Shown: piece after piece, positions 33,523-41,845 of the stretch
Layout: each line of letters begins with the position of its first letter
How positions within the stretch are numbered: position 1 is the stretch's first letter
Source of the DNA: Candidatus Nomurabacteria bacterium
GTDB lineage: Bacteria; Patescibacteriota; Minisyncoccia; Phycocordibacterales; UBA9973
Direction: 5' to 3'
Length of the DNA stretch: 44,768 nt
Assembly (NCBI GenBank): GCA_023267195.1
Contig: JAHFNT010000003.1
Span: forward strand, 77,200 to 121,967
The notes under the pieces: generated by a model
Database searches by the model: none
What the model saw: only the letters and a program-made list of their open reading frames with translations
Told to the model about the DNA's origin: nothing
Position numbers and translations under genes: made by a program

Positions 33523-35220
33523 TTATTCCTCGTTTAGATTAACTACGCTCTGCACTTCTGCAAAAGAAGTAACGCCGTTTATTATTTTTACTAGGCCGTC
33601 TTGGCGCATAGATAGTATCCCTTGAGTGCTTGCCACTTTTTTTATTTCACGCTCACTTGGATTTTCTGGCATAATTTTTTCTATGGCCTCATCTGTCTTA
33701 ATTGCTTCAAAAATCCCGATTCGTCCCTTATAGCCAGTCTTGTTGCATTTGTCGCACCCCACGGCAGCGAAAAGCCTTAAGGGCGCATCGGGGTTTAGAT
33801 TATAATTCGAAAGTTTTTTGCCCTCAGCAATCATTCCGTTCATGATTGATTTGATAGTTTCTATTTCTTTGGGTGTCACTTCTTTTTCTTTTTTACAAAA
33901 TGCGCAAAGTTTGCGGACTAAACGTTGGGCCATAGAGACAGATAAAGCCGAAACTAAAATTTTTGGATTTACTCCCAGATCTATAAGTCTAGGTATAACT
34001 CCCGCTGCATTGTTGGTGTGCAGAGTGGAGAAGACCATATGTCCAGTCAGAGAGGATTGCACGGCGATCTCGGCCGTGTCGCTGTCGCGGATTTCTCCGA
34101 CCATGATTACATCGGGATCTTGGCGGAGTGCTGAGCGCAATCCTTCAGGGAAAGTGTACCCTCTTTCAATATTGATTTGAGTTTGCGTTATCCCTTTTAG
34201 GTGGTATTCAACAGGATCTTCAATGGTGATTATATTTATTTCTGGCGTGTAAATTCTTCGCAAAAAGGCATAAAGAGTGGTAGTTTTTCCAGAACCAGTC
34301 GGTCCAGTGACTAAAATGAGCCCATTTGGTTTTATAATTTCTTCCTTTATGATTTCAAAAAGGCCGGGTTCAATTCCTAATTCTTCCATTTCTACCTGCA
34401 GGGATTTTGGATCCAGTATGCGCATTACGATCGATTCTCCATAAGATCCCGGAATAAAAGAACTACGGATGCTTATCTCTTCATCTCCCTCCATAATATT
34501 AAAACGCCCGTCTTGCGCTATCGTGGAGGTCAACTTCATTCCAGAAAGAAGCTTGATGCGAGAATTAAGCAATCTATACACATCAGTTCCGAAGAAATTT
34601 ATGTCTTGTAACACGCCATCTAAGCGCAGACGCAGACGGCCGCGTTCCTTTTCCGGTTCGATGTGGATGTCCGAAGCTTTGATAGCTATGGCGCCTGCTA
34701 AAATCACCTCCAGTAGCCGGGAAATTTTGTGAATTTTGTTTCCTTCCAATGTTTCCGCTACCATCTTCTGGATATCCTGCATCTTCTCTATCTTTTTGGC
34801 GGTTTCTCTCAGCACTTCTCCTGAAATATCCAAGCCTCCGACCATCGAACTTTCCGCCATGGAGATTTCTTTATATCTTTCCCAAACTTTATTTATACTT
34901 GCCGTTGATGCCATGTAAAAAGTAGGAGTCAGGCTTTTTCGTTCCATCTCTTCTTTCAATTTATTTATCAAATCATCGGAAGGTATTTTTAGTGCGATAA
35001 AAATATTTTTGCCGAAAAGTTTAAAAGGCGCGATGTTCATTTCTCTGGAATCTTTTTCGCTTATGGCGCGGAGTGCTTCATTGTCTACCCCTAGTCGGTA
35101 CAGATCAATATACGGGAGATGATACTTTGCTTCCGCTAGGGTAGCCACCAATTCCTCCTCTTCTTGTTTACGCAAATCCTCTAGTTGTTTGTTTTGTTTT
35201 TCGTCGTCAAATAAAGCCAT
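33523..35220 (-). CDS. pilB: Type IV pilus assembly / T2SS ATPase (PilB/GspE family)
   Basis: ASDIHIEP, GPTGSGKTTTL, TIEDPVEY, LRQDPDVIMVGEIRD, STLHTN, CxxC...GCDKC..TGYKGR. Confidence 0.92.
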   Translation of the reverse strand: MALFDDEKQNKQLEDLRKQEEEELVATLAEAKYHLPYIDLYRLGVDNEALRAISEKDSREMNIAPFKLFGKNIFIALKIPSDDLINKLKEEMERKSLTPTFYMASTASINKVWERYKEISMAESSMVGGLDISGEVLRETAKKIEKMQDIQKMVAETLEGNKIHKISRLLEVILAGAIAIKASDIHIEPEKERGRLRLRLDGVLQDINFFGTDVYRLLNSRIKLLSGMKLTSTIAQDGRFNIMEGDEEISIRSSFIPGSYGESIVMRILDPKSLQVEMEELGIEPGLFEIIKEEIIKPNGLILVTGPTGSGKTTTLYAFLRRIYTPEINIITIEDPVEYHLKGITQTQINIERGYTFPEGLRSALRQDPDVIMVGEIRDSDTAEIAVQSSLTGHMVFSTLHTNNAAGVIPRLIDLGVNPKILVSALSVSMAQRLVRKLCAFCKKEKEVTPKEIETIKSIMNGMIAEGKKLSNYNLNPDAPLRLFAAVGCDKCNKTGYKGRIGIFEAIKTDEAIEKIMPENPSEREIKKVASTQGILSMRQDGLVKIINGVTSFAEVQSVVNLNEE

Positions 35221-35328
35221 TACATGAATTATAGCAATAAATGAGGAGCATAAACAAATTCATTTGTTTAATGTCCGAATGCAATTGCTATATGGTATCC
35301 ATATATCTTAAGTGGTATCATTTACATA

Positions 35329-37755
35329 GTGCCTGAAGTAATAAATCACAATATAAAAAAGCTAGTTTTGCTCGATTCTCACGCCATAATTCACCGTGCC
35401 TATCATGCTCTGCCTGAATTTTTATCCTCCAACGGAGAACCAACTGGTGCTCTGTACGGGCTTGCTAGTATGTTGATGAAGATAATTACTGATTTGAAAC
35501 CAGACTATATTATCGCTTGTTATGATTTACCCCAGAAAACTTTTAGGCACGAAGCGTATGATGCCTACAAAGCTGGCCGGGCGAAAGCGGACGAGGCGCT
35601 GATCGCGCAGCTAAAAAATTCCCGACAAATTTTTGAAGCTTTCAATATTCCCATTTATGATGCCCCGGGTTTTGAAGCTGATGATGTTTTAGGGACAATA
35701 GTCGAAAAATATAAAAAAAATAAAAACATAGATATTATTATCGCTTCGGGAGACATGGATACGATGCAGCTCGTGGATGATAAAAAAGTGCAGGTTTATA
35801 CTTTGAAGAAGGGAATCAACGACACGATTTTATACGACGAGGAGGCAGTTCTGGAGCGTTTTCATTTTAAGCCAAAATTTTTACCAGATTACAAAGGGTT
35901 GCGCGGAGATCCGTCCGACAACATTGTTGGTATAAAAGGTATCGGAGAAAAAACCGCTGAAAATTTGATTGTAAATTTTGGAACAATAGAAGAAATTTAT
36001 AAAAAAATTAAAAAAGATAAAGAAACCTTTTTGAAAATAGGTATTTCCGAGAGAATGATCGAACTTTTAAAAAATAACGAAGAAGAAGCCTTGTTTTCTA
36101 AAACATTAGCCACTATCCGCACAGATGCGCCGATCAATTTTGAATTACCGGAAAAAACTTTTTGGGAAAACGCGGATTTAAAAAAAATAGAACAAGTATT
36201 TATTAAATTTGAATTTCGCAGCTTATTTGCCAGATTAAAAAACTTTTTTGGGAATGGGCAGAAGGCAAATCCAGCAGAATTTTCTCAGGTCCTCGGTTCT
36301 CCGGGGCCCCATACCCCGGCCAGACCATTCGAAAATTCTCTAGATTTGCCTTCTGCAAAAAAACTTCAAGAAGCCAGTATCGCTCTTTGGCTTATCAACT
36401 CTGACATTTCAAATCCCAAATTGGAAGATATTTTGATGTTCGCCAAGACTTCTTCCTTTGAAGTGGCTTATGAATATATTTTTAAAATATTGAAAGAAAA
36501 AAAACTAGATAAAGTTTATGAGGAAATAGAACTTCCGATCGTGCCAGTGGTGAAAGAAATGGAAGATCATGGAATTTTGATAGATAAAAAATATTTTGAA
36601 AAATTATCAGAAGAATATCACAAAGAATTAGATGTTTTAACGAAAAAAATATACAAAATGGCCGGAGTGGAGTTCAATATAAATTCACCGAAACAATTAG
36701 GAGAAGTGCTTTTTGGCAAATTGGGCTTAAAATCAAGCAAAAAAAAGAGTGCCAGTGGTTCTTTCTCTACCAAGATCTCTGTCTTGGAAGAACTAGAAGA
36801 AGATAATTTAATTATCAAAGAAATAATGGCATATCGTGAATTACAAAAATTACTCTCTACCTACATCGATGTAATTCCGAAAATGGTGGCGGAAGATGGA
36901 CGTTTACACGCAAAGTTTTTACAAAACGGAACTACCACCGGAAGATTTTCTTCACAGGACCCAAATTTGCAGAATTTACCAATCAAAACAGAGTTAGGGA
37001 AGAAAATTCGCCATGGTTTTGTCGCCCAAAAAGGCTCGAAGCTTTCTGCTTTTGATTATAGTCAGATTGAATTGCGGGTGATCGCGATGCTTTCAGGGGA
37101 TAAAAAGATGACGCAAGTTTTCAAAGACAAAAAAGATATTCACGCGGGGGTAGCTTCTTTTGTTTTTGAAGTACCGATAGAAAAAGTCGATTTAGAGATG
37201 CGTCGTCAGGCGAAAGTGATAAATTTTGGCATTATTTATGGCATGGGTGTTTCGGCGCTTCGCAAGAATCTTGGAGGTACACGCGAAGAGGCGCAAAAGT
37301 TTTATAATAATTATTTTAATCAATTTTCCGGGGTGCGTGATTATCTAGAAAGTATTAAGACTTTTGCTATTAAAAATTCTTATACCGAAACATTATTTGG
37401 GCGCAGAAGATATTTCCCCAATATTAATTCTAGAATTCCTTTTTTGAAAAACATGGCTGAACGTACCGCGACCAACGCTCCAGTGCAAGGGACAGCCGCA
37501 GATATTATTAAGCTTGCTATTAGACTAGCCGAGGAAGATTTGAAAAAAGCGAATTTGTTGGATCGGGTACATCTCGTGCTACAGATTCATGATGAGCTTG
37601 TTTACGAAATAGAAGAAAAAGTGCTCAAAGAAGCCGAAGTTATCATAAAAAAAGCGATGGAAGAAGTTCTGGAACGCTCCTATCTACACTATAAAGCCGA
37701 GATACCTCTTTCCGTCCATTCTGGTTCGGGAGACAATTTGGGGGAAGTAAAATAA
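35329..37755 (+). CDS. polA: DNA polymerase I (5'-3' exonuclease + polymerase; 3'-5' exonuclease region reduced)
   Basis: EADDVLGT, GDPSDN..GI.GIGEKTA, TGRFSSQDPNLQNLP, DYSQIELR, AKVINFGIIYG, LQIHDEL. Confidence 0.97.
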   Translation: MPEVINHNIKKLVLLDSHAIIHRAYHALPEFLSSNGEPTGALYGLASMLMKIITDLKPDYIIACYDLPQKTFRHEAYDAYKAGRAKADEALIAQLKNSRQIFEAFNIPIYDAPGFEADDVLGTIVEKYKKNKNIDIIIASGDMDTMQLVDDKKVQVYTLKKGINDTILYDEEAVLERFHFKPKFLPDYKGLRGDPSDNIVGIKGIGEKTAENLIVNFGTIEEIYKKIKKDKETFLKIGISERMIELLKNNEEEALFSKTLATIRTDAPINFELPEKTFWENADLKKIEQVFIKFEFRSLFARLKNFFGNGQKANPAEFSQVLGSPGPHTPARPFENSLDLPSAKKLQEASIALWLINSDISNPKLEDILMFAKTSSFEVAYEYIFKILKEKKLDKVYEEIELPIVPVVKEMEDHGILIDKKYFEKLSEEYHKELDVLTKKIYKMAGVEFNINSPKQLGEVLFGKLGLKSSKKKSASGSFSTKISVLEELEEDNLIIKEIMAYRELQKLLSTYIDVIPKMVAEDGRLHAKFLQNGTTTGRFSSQDPNLQNLPIKTELGKKIRHGFVAQKGSKLSAFDYSQIELRVIAMLSGDKKMTQVFKDKKDIHAGVASFVFEVPIEKVDLEMRRQAKVINFGIIYGMGVSALRKNLGGTREEAQKFYNNYFNQFSGVRDYLESIKTFAIKNSYTETLFGRRRYFPNINSRIPFLKNMAERTATNAPVQGTAADIIKLAIRLAEEDLKKANLLDRVHLVLQIHDELVYEIEEKVLKEAEVIIKKAMEEVLERSYLHYKAEIPLSVHSGSGDNLGEVK
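36258..36356. repeat. 99-bp palindromic element in frame in polA
   Basis: Perfect 14-bp terminal IR gcagaaggcaaatc / gatttgccttctgc, then agaattttc / gaaaattct, apical ccgggg...ccccgg. Confidence 0.9.
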
Positions 37756-37779
37756 TAGACTTGTGCTAGAATAAGGAGG

Positions 37780-38238
37780 ATGGACAATCAGACTCAAAAA
37801 CAAAGCGTACATAAGATTTTAGCGCATTCATATGCGATGCATTTTGGTCTATTTATCTTTGGTGTTGTTTTAGACGTGGTTTTTGGTTTAAAAGTTTTTA
37901 CTAATTCAGTTTTGGTGTCTTTGGGAATTATTTTGTTGGTGTTTGGAAGCATTTTAATACCTTGGGCTCAATACACTTCTCATCGTCTAAAGAAGGAAAA
38001 TATAACCAAAGAAACTTTTTGTCATGGACCTTATTGTTATACACGCACTCCTACCAACTTCGGTCTTTTGTTTGTGACTTTGGGTTTTGGATTGATTATC
38101 AATGCTTTTTTTGTGATGGTTTTCTCTCTCGTGTCTTTTGTTTTCGCCAAGTTTGTTTTCTTAAAAAAAGAAGAACAACTCTTAGTTCTAAAATACGGCG
38201 CGCCATATTTAGAATATAAAAAATCCGTTCATTTTTAA
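37780..38238 (+). CDS. Isoprenylcysteine carboxyl methyltransferase / PEMT-family membrane protein
   Basis: Several TMs, GPYCYTRTP, EE..L...YG..YLEYKKSV. Confidence 0.75.
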   Translation: MDNQTQKQSVHKILAHSYAMHFGLFIFGVVLDVVFGLKVFTNSVLVSLGIILLVFGSILIPWAQYTSHRLKKENITKETFCHGPYCYTRTPTNFGLLFVTLGFGLIINAFFVMVFSLVSFVFAKFVFLKKEEQLLVLKYGAPYLEYKKSVHF

Positions 38239-38247
38239 TTTATTTAT

Positions 38248-38910
38248 ATGATCTATCTTTTTTCCGGGGATGATGCTAAGAATAAAATTATAAATTATGA
38301 AAAATTTATCAAGGCCCTGCCTGCGCAGGCAGGTATACCTCTCACGCAGATTTTTGCTGTGAATAGAAATGATTTTAATCAAATGCAAATTGAAAGTTTT
38401 TATTCCGGCTCCAGTTTGTTTTCAAATTTATCTGCAGTAATATTCCAAAACGTTCTGGAATACGAAGAAACGAGGGATTTTGTGTTGGAAAAATTGAAAC
38501 TTATGGGAGATTCCGCTAATTCTTTTGTTTTTCTAGAAGGGAAGCTCAGTAAGCCGATACTGGATACTTTCAAAAAAGCGCGCGCCGAAATCAATGTTTT
38601 TGAATTGCCAAAAGAAAAAAAGGAAAAATTCGACAATTTTTTGGTTGCCAATGCTTTTGCCAACAAAGATAAATTGAACACTTGGATTTACTTTCGCCAA
38701 GCGATAGACGTCGGAGTAAGTCTCGAAGAAGTTTCGGGGGTTTTGTTTTGGAAAATTAAAGACCTGATCCTAAAAAAAAATTTTAGTAAATTTAAAGAAG
38801 AACAACTTAAAAATTTTATCATGAAACTTTCTTATCTTTTGCCTGAAGCCAGGAAAGAAGGTCGCGACGCCGAGTCCGCTTTTGAGCAATTTTTACTTGA
38901 GGTTTTTTAG
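38248..38910 (+). CDS. holA: Divergent short DNA polymerase III delta subunit (HolA-like)
   Basis: MIYLFSGDD, SSLFS, F.VANAF..KD; ends FEQFLLEVF. Confidence 0.6.
   Translation: MIYLFSGDDAKNKIINYEKFIKALPAQAGIPLTQIFAVNRNDFNQMQIESFYSGSSLFSNLSAVIFQNVLEYEETRDFVLEKLKLMGDSANSFVFLEGKLSKPILDTFKKARAEINVFELPKEKKEKFDNFLVANAFANKDKLNTWIYFRQAIDVGVSLEEVSGVLFWKIKDLILKKNFSKFKEEQLKNFIMKLSYLLPEARKEGRDAESAFEQFLLEVF
38316..38333. repeat. Perfect 18-bp palindrome within the holA-like gene
   Basis: cctgcctgcgcaggcagg equals its own reverse complement; spans LPAQAG. Confidence 0.8.
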
Positions 38911-38975
38911 AAATCTGGTATTATCAAACAGACAACACGCGCCCGTAGCTGTTTTGGTAGGTCGTTAGATTGTTT

Positions 38976-39048
38976 GCGCCCGTAGCTCAGCTGGTAGAGC
39001 AGATCCCTTTTAAGGATAAGGTCCTCGGTTCGATCCCGAGCGGGCGCA
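38976..39048 (+). tRNA. tRNA-Lys (UUU), CCA not encoded
   Basis: gcgcccg/cgggcgc acceptor stem, gctc/gagc D-arm, loop cTTTtaa-type cttttaa, T-arm ctcgg-ttcgatc-ccgag. Confidence 0.95.
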
Positions 39049-39054
39049 CAGATT

Positions 39055-39585
39055 TTATTGCTGATTGAGCCAATCAATCATTTTTTGGAAAGTCAGAACT
39101 CCTGCTTCTCCAGTCACCGGCAAACCTTCCGCTTTTTGGAAATTCATAATATCAGTTTTTGTCCCTGGACCAAAATCATTATCTACTTTTTTAGAAGTGT
39201 TATTATAGATATTTAAAAAGGTTTGAAGGGTTCCGACTTGTGTTCCAGTTGATTTTAATTTAAGGACTGCTTTCTGGTCCAAGAGTTTTTGTAGGGAAGT
39301 GATAAGATCTTGGTATTTAGAAAGAGGTGGTTTTGTGGTGGTAGGATTAGTGTTCAGTGTTTGGTTTGCTGGCATCTCTTGTTTTGGTGGCTGCAAATCA
39401 GCTAGCTCGCTTTTTAATTTAGCTATTTCTTGTTCTAATTCTTTGTTTTTGGCTTCGAGTTCTGCTTGCCTTTCTTTGCTAACATGCAAATCTCCCGGTT
39501 CTATTGTCTTAAAAGCCCAATAGCCGACGATGCTCATGCCGCCGATAATCATTATTGAAATTAATATAAATTTAAAATTTTCCAA
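39055..39585 (-). CDS. Membrane-anchored protein with coiled coil and PG_binding_1 domain
   Basis: LKLKSTGTQVGTLQTFL...DNDFGPGTKTDIMNFQKAEGLPVTGEAG..T; TTG start. Confidence 0.8.
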   Translation of the reverse strand: MENFKFILISIMIIGGMSIVGYWAFKTIEPGDLHVSKERQAELEAKNKELEQEIAKLKSELADLQPPKQEMPANQTLNTNPTTTKPPLSKYQDLITSLQKLLDQKAVLKLKSTGTQVGTLQTFLNIYNNTSKKVDNDFGPGTKTDIMNFQKAEGLPVTGEAGVLTFQKMIDWLNQQ

Positions 39586-39632
39586 AGTAAATATAGTATA
39601 GCAAAAAAACAGAGCTATGATAAGATGACTTT

Positions 39633-41771
39633 GTGATGTCTAATATTTTCAAAATAAAAAGTCCTTTTGAGCCAGCTGGAGATCAGCCAGTGGCTATTTC
39701 GAAGCTCTTGGAAGGTTTAAATAAAGGCATGCAAAAGCAGACGCTTTTGGGAGCGACGGGGACGGGTAAGACTTTTACCATGGCGAATGTGATCGCGCAG
39801 TACAACAAACCGACGCTCGTGATTGCGCACAATAAAACACTTGCCGCTCAACTCGCGCAAGAATTTAGATTATTTTTCCCCGATGCGGCAGTGCATTATT
39901 TTGTTTCTTATTATGACTATTACCAGCCGGAAGCTTATATGCCAGCTTCGGACACTTATATCGAAAAAGATGCGTCTATCAATAAAGAAATAGATATGTT
40001 GCGTCATGCGAGTACTCAAGCGCTTCTTACTAGGCCGGATGTGATTATCGTCGCTTCTGTTTCTTGTATTTACGGCTTAGGCAGTCCAGAAGAATACGAA
40101 AAAGTGAACTTAAAACTCGAAATCGGAATGAAACTAGATCGACTAACTTTAATGAAAAAGTTAATTGAAATTCACTTTGAGCGCACCAATGCGGATTTAA
40201 CTCCGGGATCTTTTCGTTCGATCGGCGCGCGGGTGGAATTTATGCCTGTTTCCGAGACAGTGATGTACCAGATAGAATTTGCAGATGGAAAAATTGCAAA
40301 AATTACAAAAGTAGATCCGATTTCTGCACAAATTATCAAAGAAGAAAAAAATATTTTTATTTTTCCAGCAAAACATTTCATTACTGAAGATAAAAAGAAA
40401 GCAAATGCATTAGTAGCAATTAAAAAAGAATTAAATACGCAACTGAAAAAGTTTGAAAAAGAGGGAAAGCTACTCGAAGCGGAGAGAATCAAACGTCGAA
40501 CCAACTACGATCTCGCGATGATCAAAGAGATCGGTTATTGCAACGGTATTGAAAATTATTCACGACACCTCTCCGGTAAAGCTGAAGGAGAACCACCAGA
40601 AACACTGCTATCGTATTTTCCGAAAACAGGATTTTTAACGATTATCGATGAGTCACATGTAACCTTGTCGCAATTAAACGGCATGTATGCGGGAGATGCT
40701 TCGCGTAAAAATACCCTGGTGGAATACGGTTTTCGTTTGCCTTCAGCCAAAGACAATCGACCGCTTAAATACAATGAATTTCAAGAAAGAATTGGTCCAG
40801 TAATTTATACCAGTGCTACGCCGAGCGAAGTAGAACGCAAGGAAAGCGAGCAAATCGTCGAGCAAATCATTCGTCCGACGGGGTTGGTGGATCCAGAAAC
40901 GATAGTGCGCCCGGTGAGTGAAAAAACAAGTTACAAAGGGCAAATTCAAGATTTTATTTCAGAAACAGAAAAAACAATCGCGAAAGGTTTCCGAGTTTTG
41001 GCGACGACCCTAACCAAAAAAATGGCAGAAGACCTTTCTGTTTATTTAAAGGATAAAAAAATAAAAGCAGAATATTTGCACAGTGATATTAAGACGATGG
41101 ATAGAATTAAAATTCTTACAAGATTTAGAAAGGGAGGGCTTGCCCCGAGCGGAGCCGAGGGGTTTGACGTATTGGTGGGAGTGAACTTGCTTCGCGAGGG
41201 GCTCGATTTGCCGGAAGTGGCCTTGATTGGGATTCTCGATGCCGACAAAGCAGGATTCTTGCGTTCTGAAACTTCGCTCATTCAGACTATCGGCCGCGCG
41301 GCGCGCAACAGTGAAGGAAAAGTGATTCTCTATGCCGATGTTCTGACGGAAGCGATGGATTATGCGCTCAAAGAGACAGAGCGCCGTCGAAATATTCAGC
41401 TAGCTTATAACAAAAAGCATGGCATTACTCCAAAGACGATTATGAAAAAGATCCAAGATATTACCGAAGAGATGGAAAGTGAGCATGGGAAAGTGGTAAA
41501 TGCTGAACTCGGGCTTGATCTAGAAGTTTTCAAACGCGCTTATGCTAAAGAATTAAAAAAAGATAAAAAATCTAATAAAAAAGTGCCAAATACCAGTTTG
41601 GGGCAATCTTATTTATCTGACGAAGAGATTGGTAATTTGATTTACGAAAAAATCATAAAAATGAAAGAAAAAGAAATGAGTAAAGCCGTCAAAGAACTCG
41701 ATTTCGAAACTGCTGCCATCTTGAGGGATGAGATTGGGGTACTCAAATTGCGTTTGGAAAAGAAGCAATAA
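39633..41771 (+). CDS. uvrB: Excinuclease ABC subunit B
   Basis: PAGDQP, GATGTGKTFT, YYDYYQPEAY, IDESH, NLLREGLDLPEV, QTIGRAARN, LDFETAAILRD. Confidence 0.98.
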   Translation: MMSNIFKIKSPFEPAGDQPVAISKLLEGLNKGMQKQTLLGATGTGKTFTMANVIAQYNKPTLVIAHNKTLAAQLAQEFRLFFPDAAVHYFVSYYDYYQPEAYMPASDTYIEKDASINKEIDMLRHASTQALLTRPDVIIVASVSCIYGLGSPEEYEKVNLKLEIGMKLDRLTLMKKLIEIHFERTNADLTPGSFRSIGARVEFMPVSETVMYQIEFADGKIAKITKVDPISAQIIKEEKNIFIFPAKHFITEDKKKANALVAIKKELNTQLKKFEKEGKLLEAERIKRRTNYDLAMIKEIGYCNGIENYSRHLSGKAEGEPPETLLSYFPKTGFLTIIDESHVTLSQLNGMYAGDASRKNTLVEYGFRLPSAKDNRPLKYNEFQERIGPVIYTSATPSEVERKESEQIVEQIIRPTGLVDPETIVRPVSEKTSYKGQIQDFISETEKTIAKGFRVLATTLTKKMAEDLSVYLKDKKIKAEYLHSDIKTMDRIKILTRFRKGGLAPSGAEGFDVLVGVNLLREGLDLPEVALIGILDADKAGFLRSETSLIQTIGRAARNSEGKVILYADVLTEAMDYALKETERRRNIQLAYNKKHGITPKTIMKKIQDITEEMESEHGKVVNAELGLDLEVFKRAYAKELKKDKKSNKKVPNTSLGQSYLSDEEIGNLIYEKIIKMKEKEMSKAVKELDFETAAILRDEIGVLKLRLEKKQ
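41138..41162. repeat. Family B element in frame in uvrB
   Basis: gcttgccccgagcggagccgagggg; adds about GLAPSGAE before the conserved FDVLVG. Confidence 0.75.
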
Positions 41772-41845
41772 TATGATACATTGTGCCCATAGACACCCCC
41801 TAAGAGTAAGGCGGGGTGTGAGTTGCGTTGTATAGAGAAAAACAT

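Noticed and set aside
37773-37779. AAGGAGG Shine-Dalgarno before 37780
   Set aside because: Zero spacing to the ATG; the upstream TGCTAGAAT fits a leaderless start better.
41500-41650. Lys-rich extra segment near the UvrB C-terminus
   Set aside because: Lies in a naturally variable linker and shows no DNA palindrome.
41793-41819. acacccc...ggggtgt hairpin between uvrB and uvrA
   Set aside because: Short, with no U-tract; may be a decayed family A unit but too weak to call.
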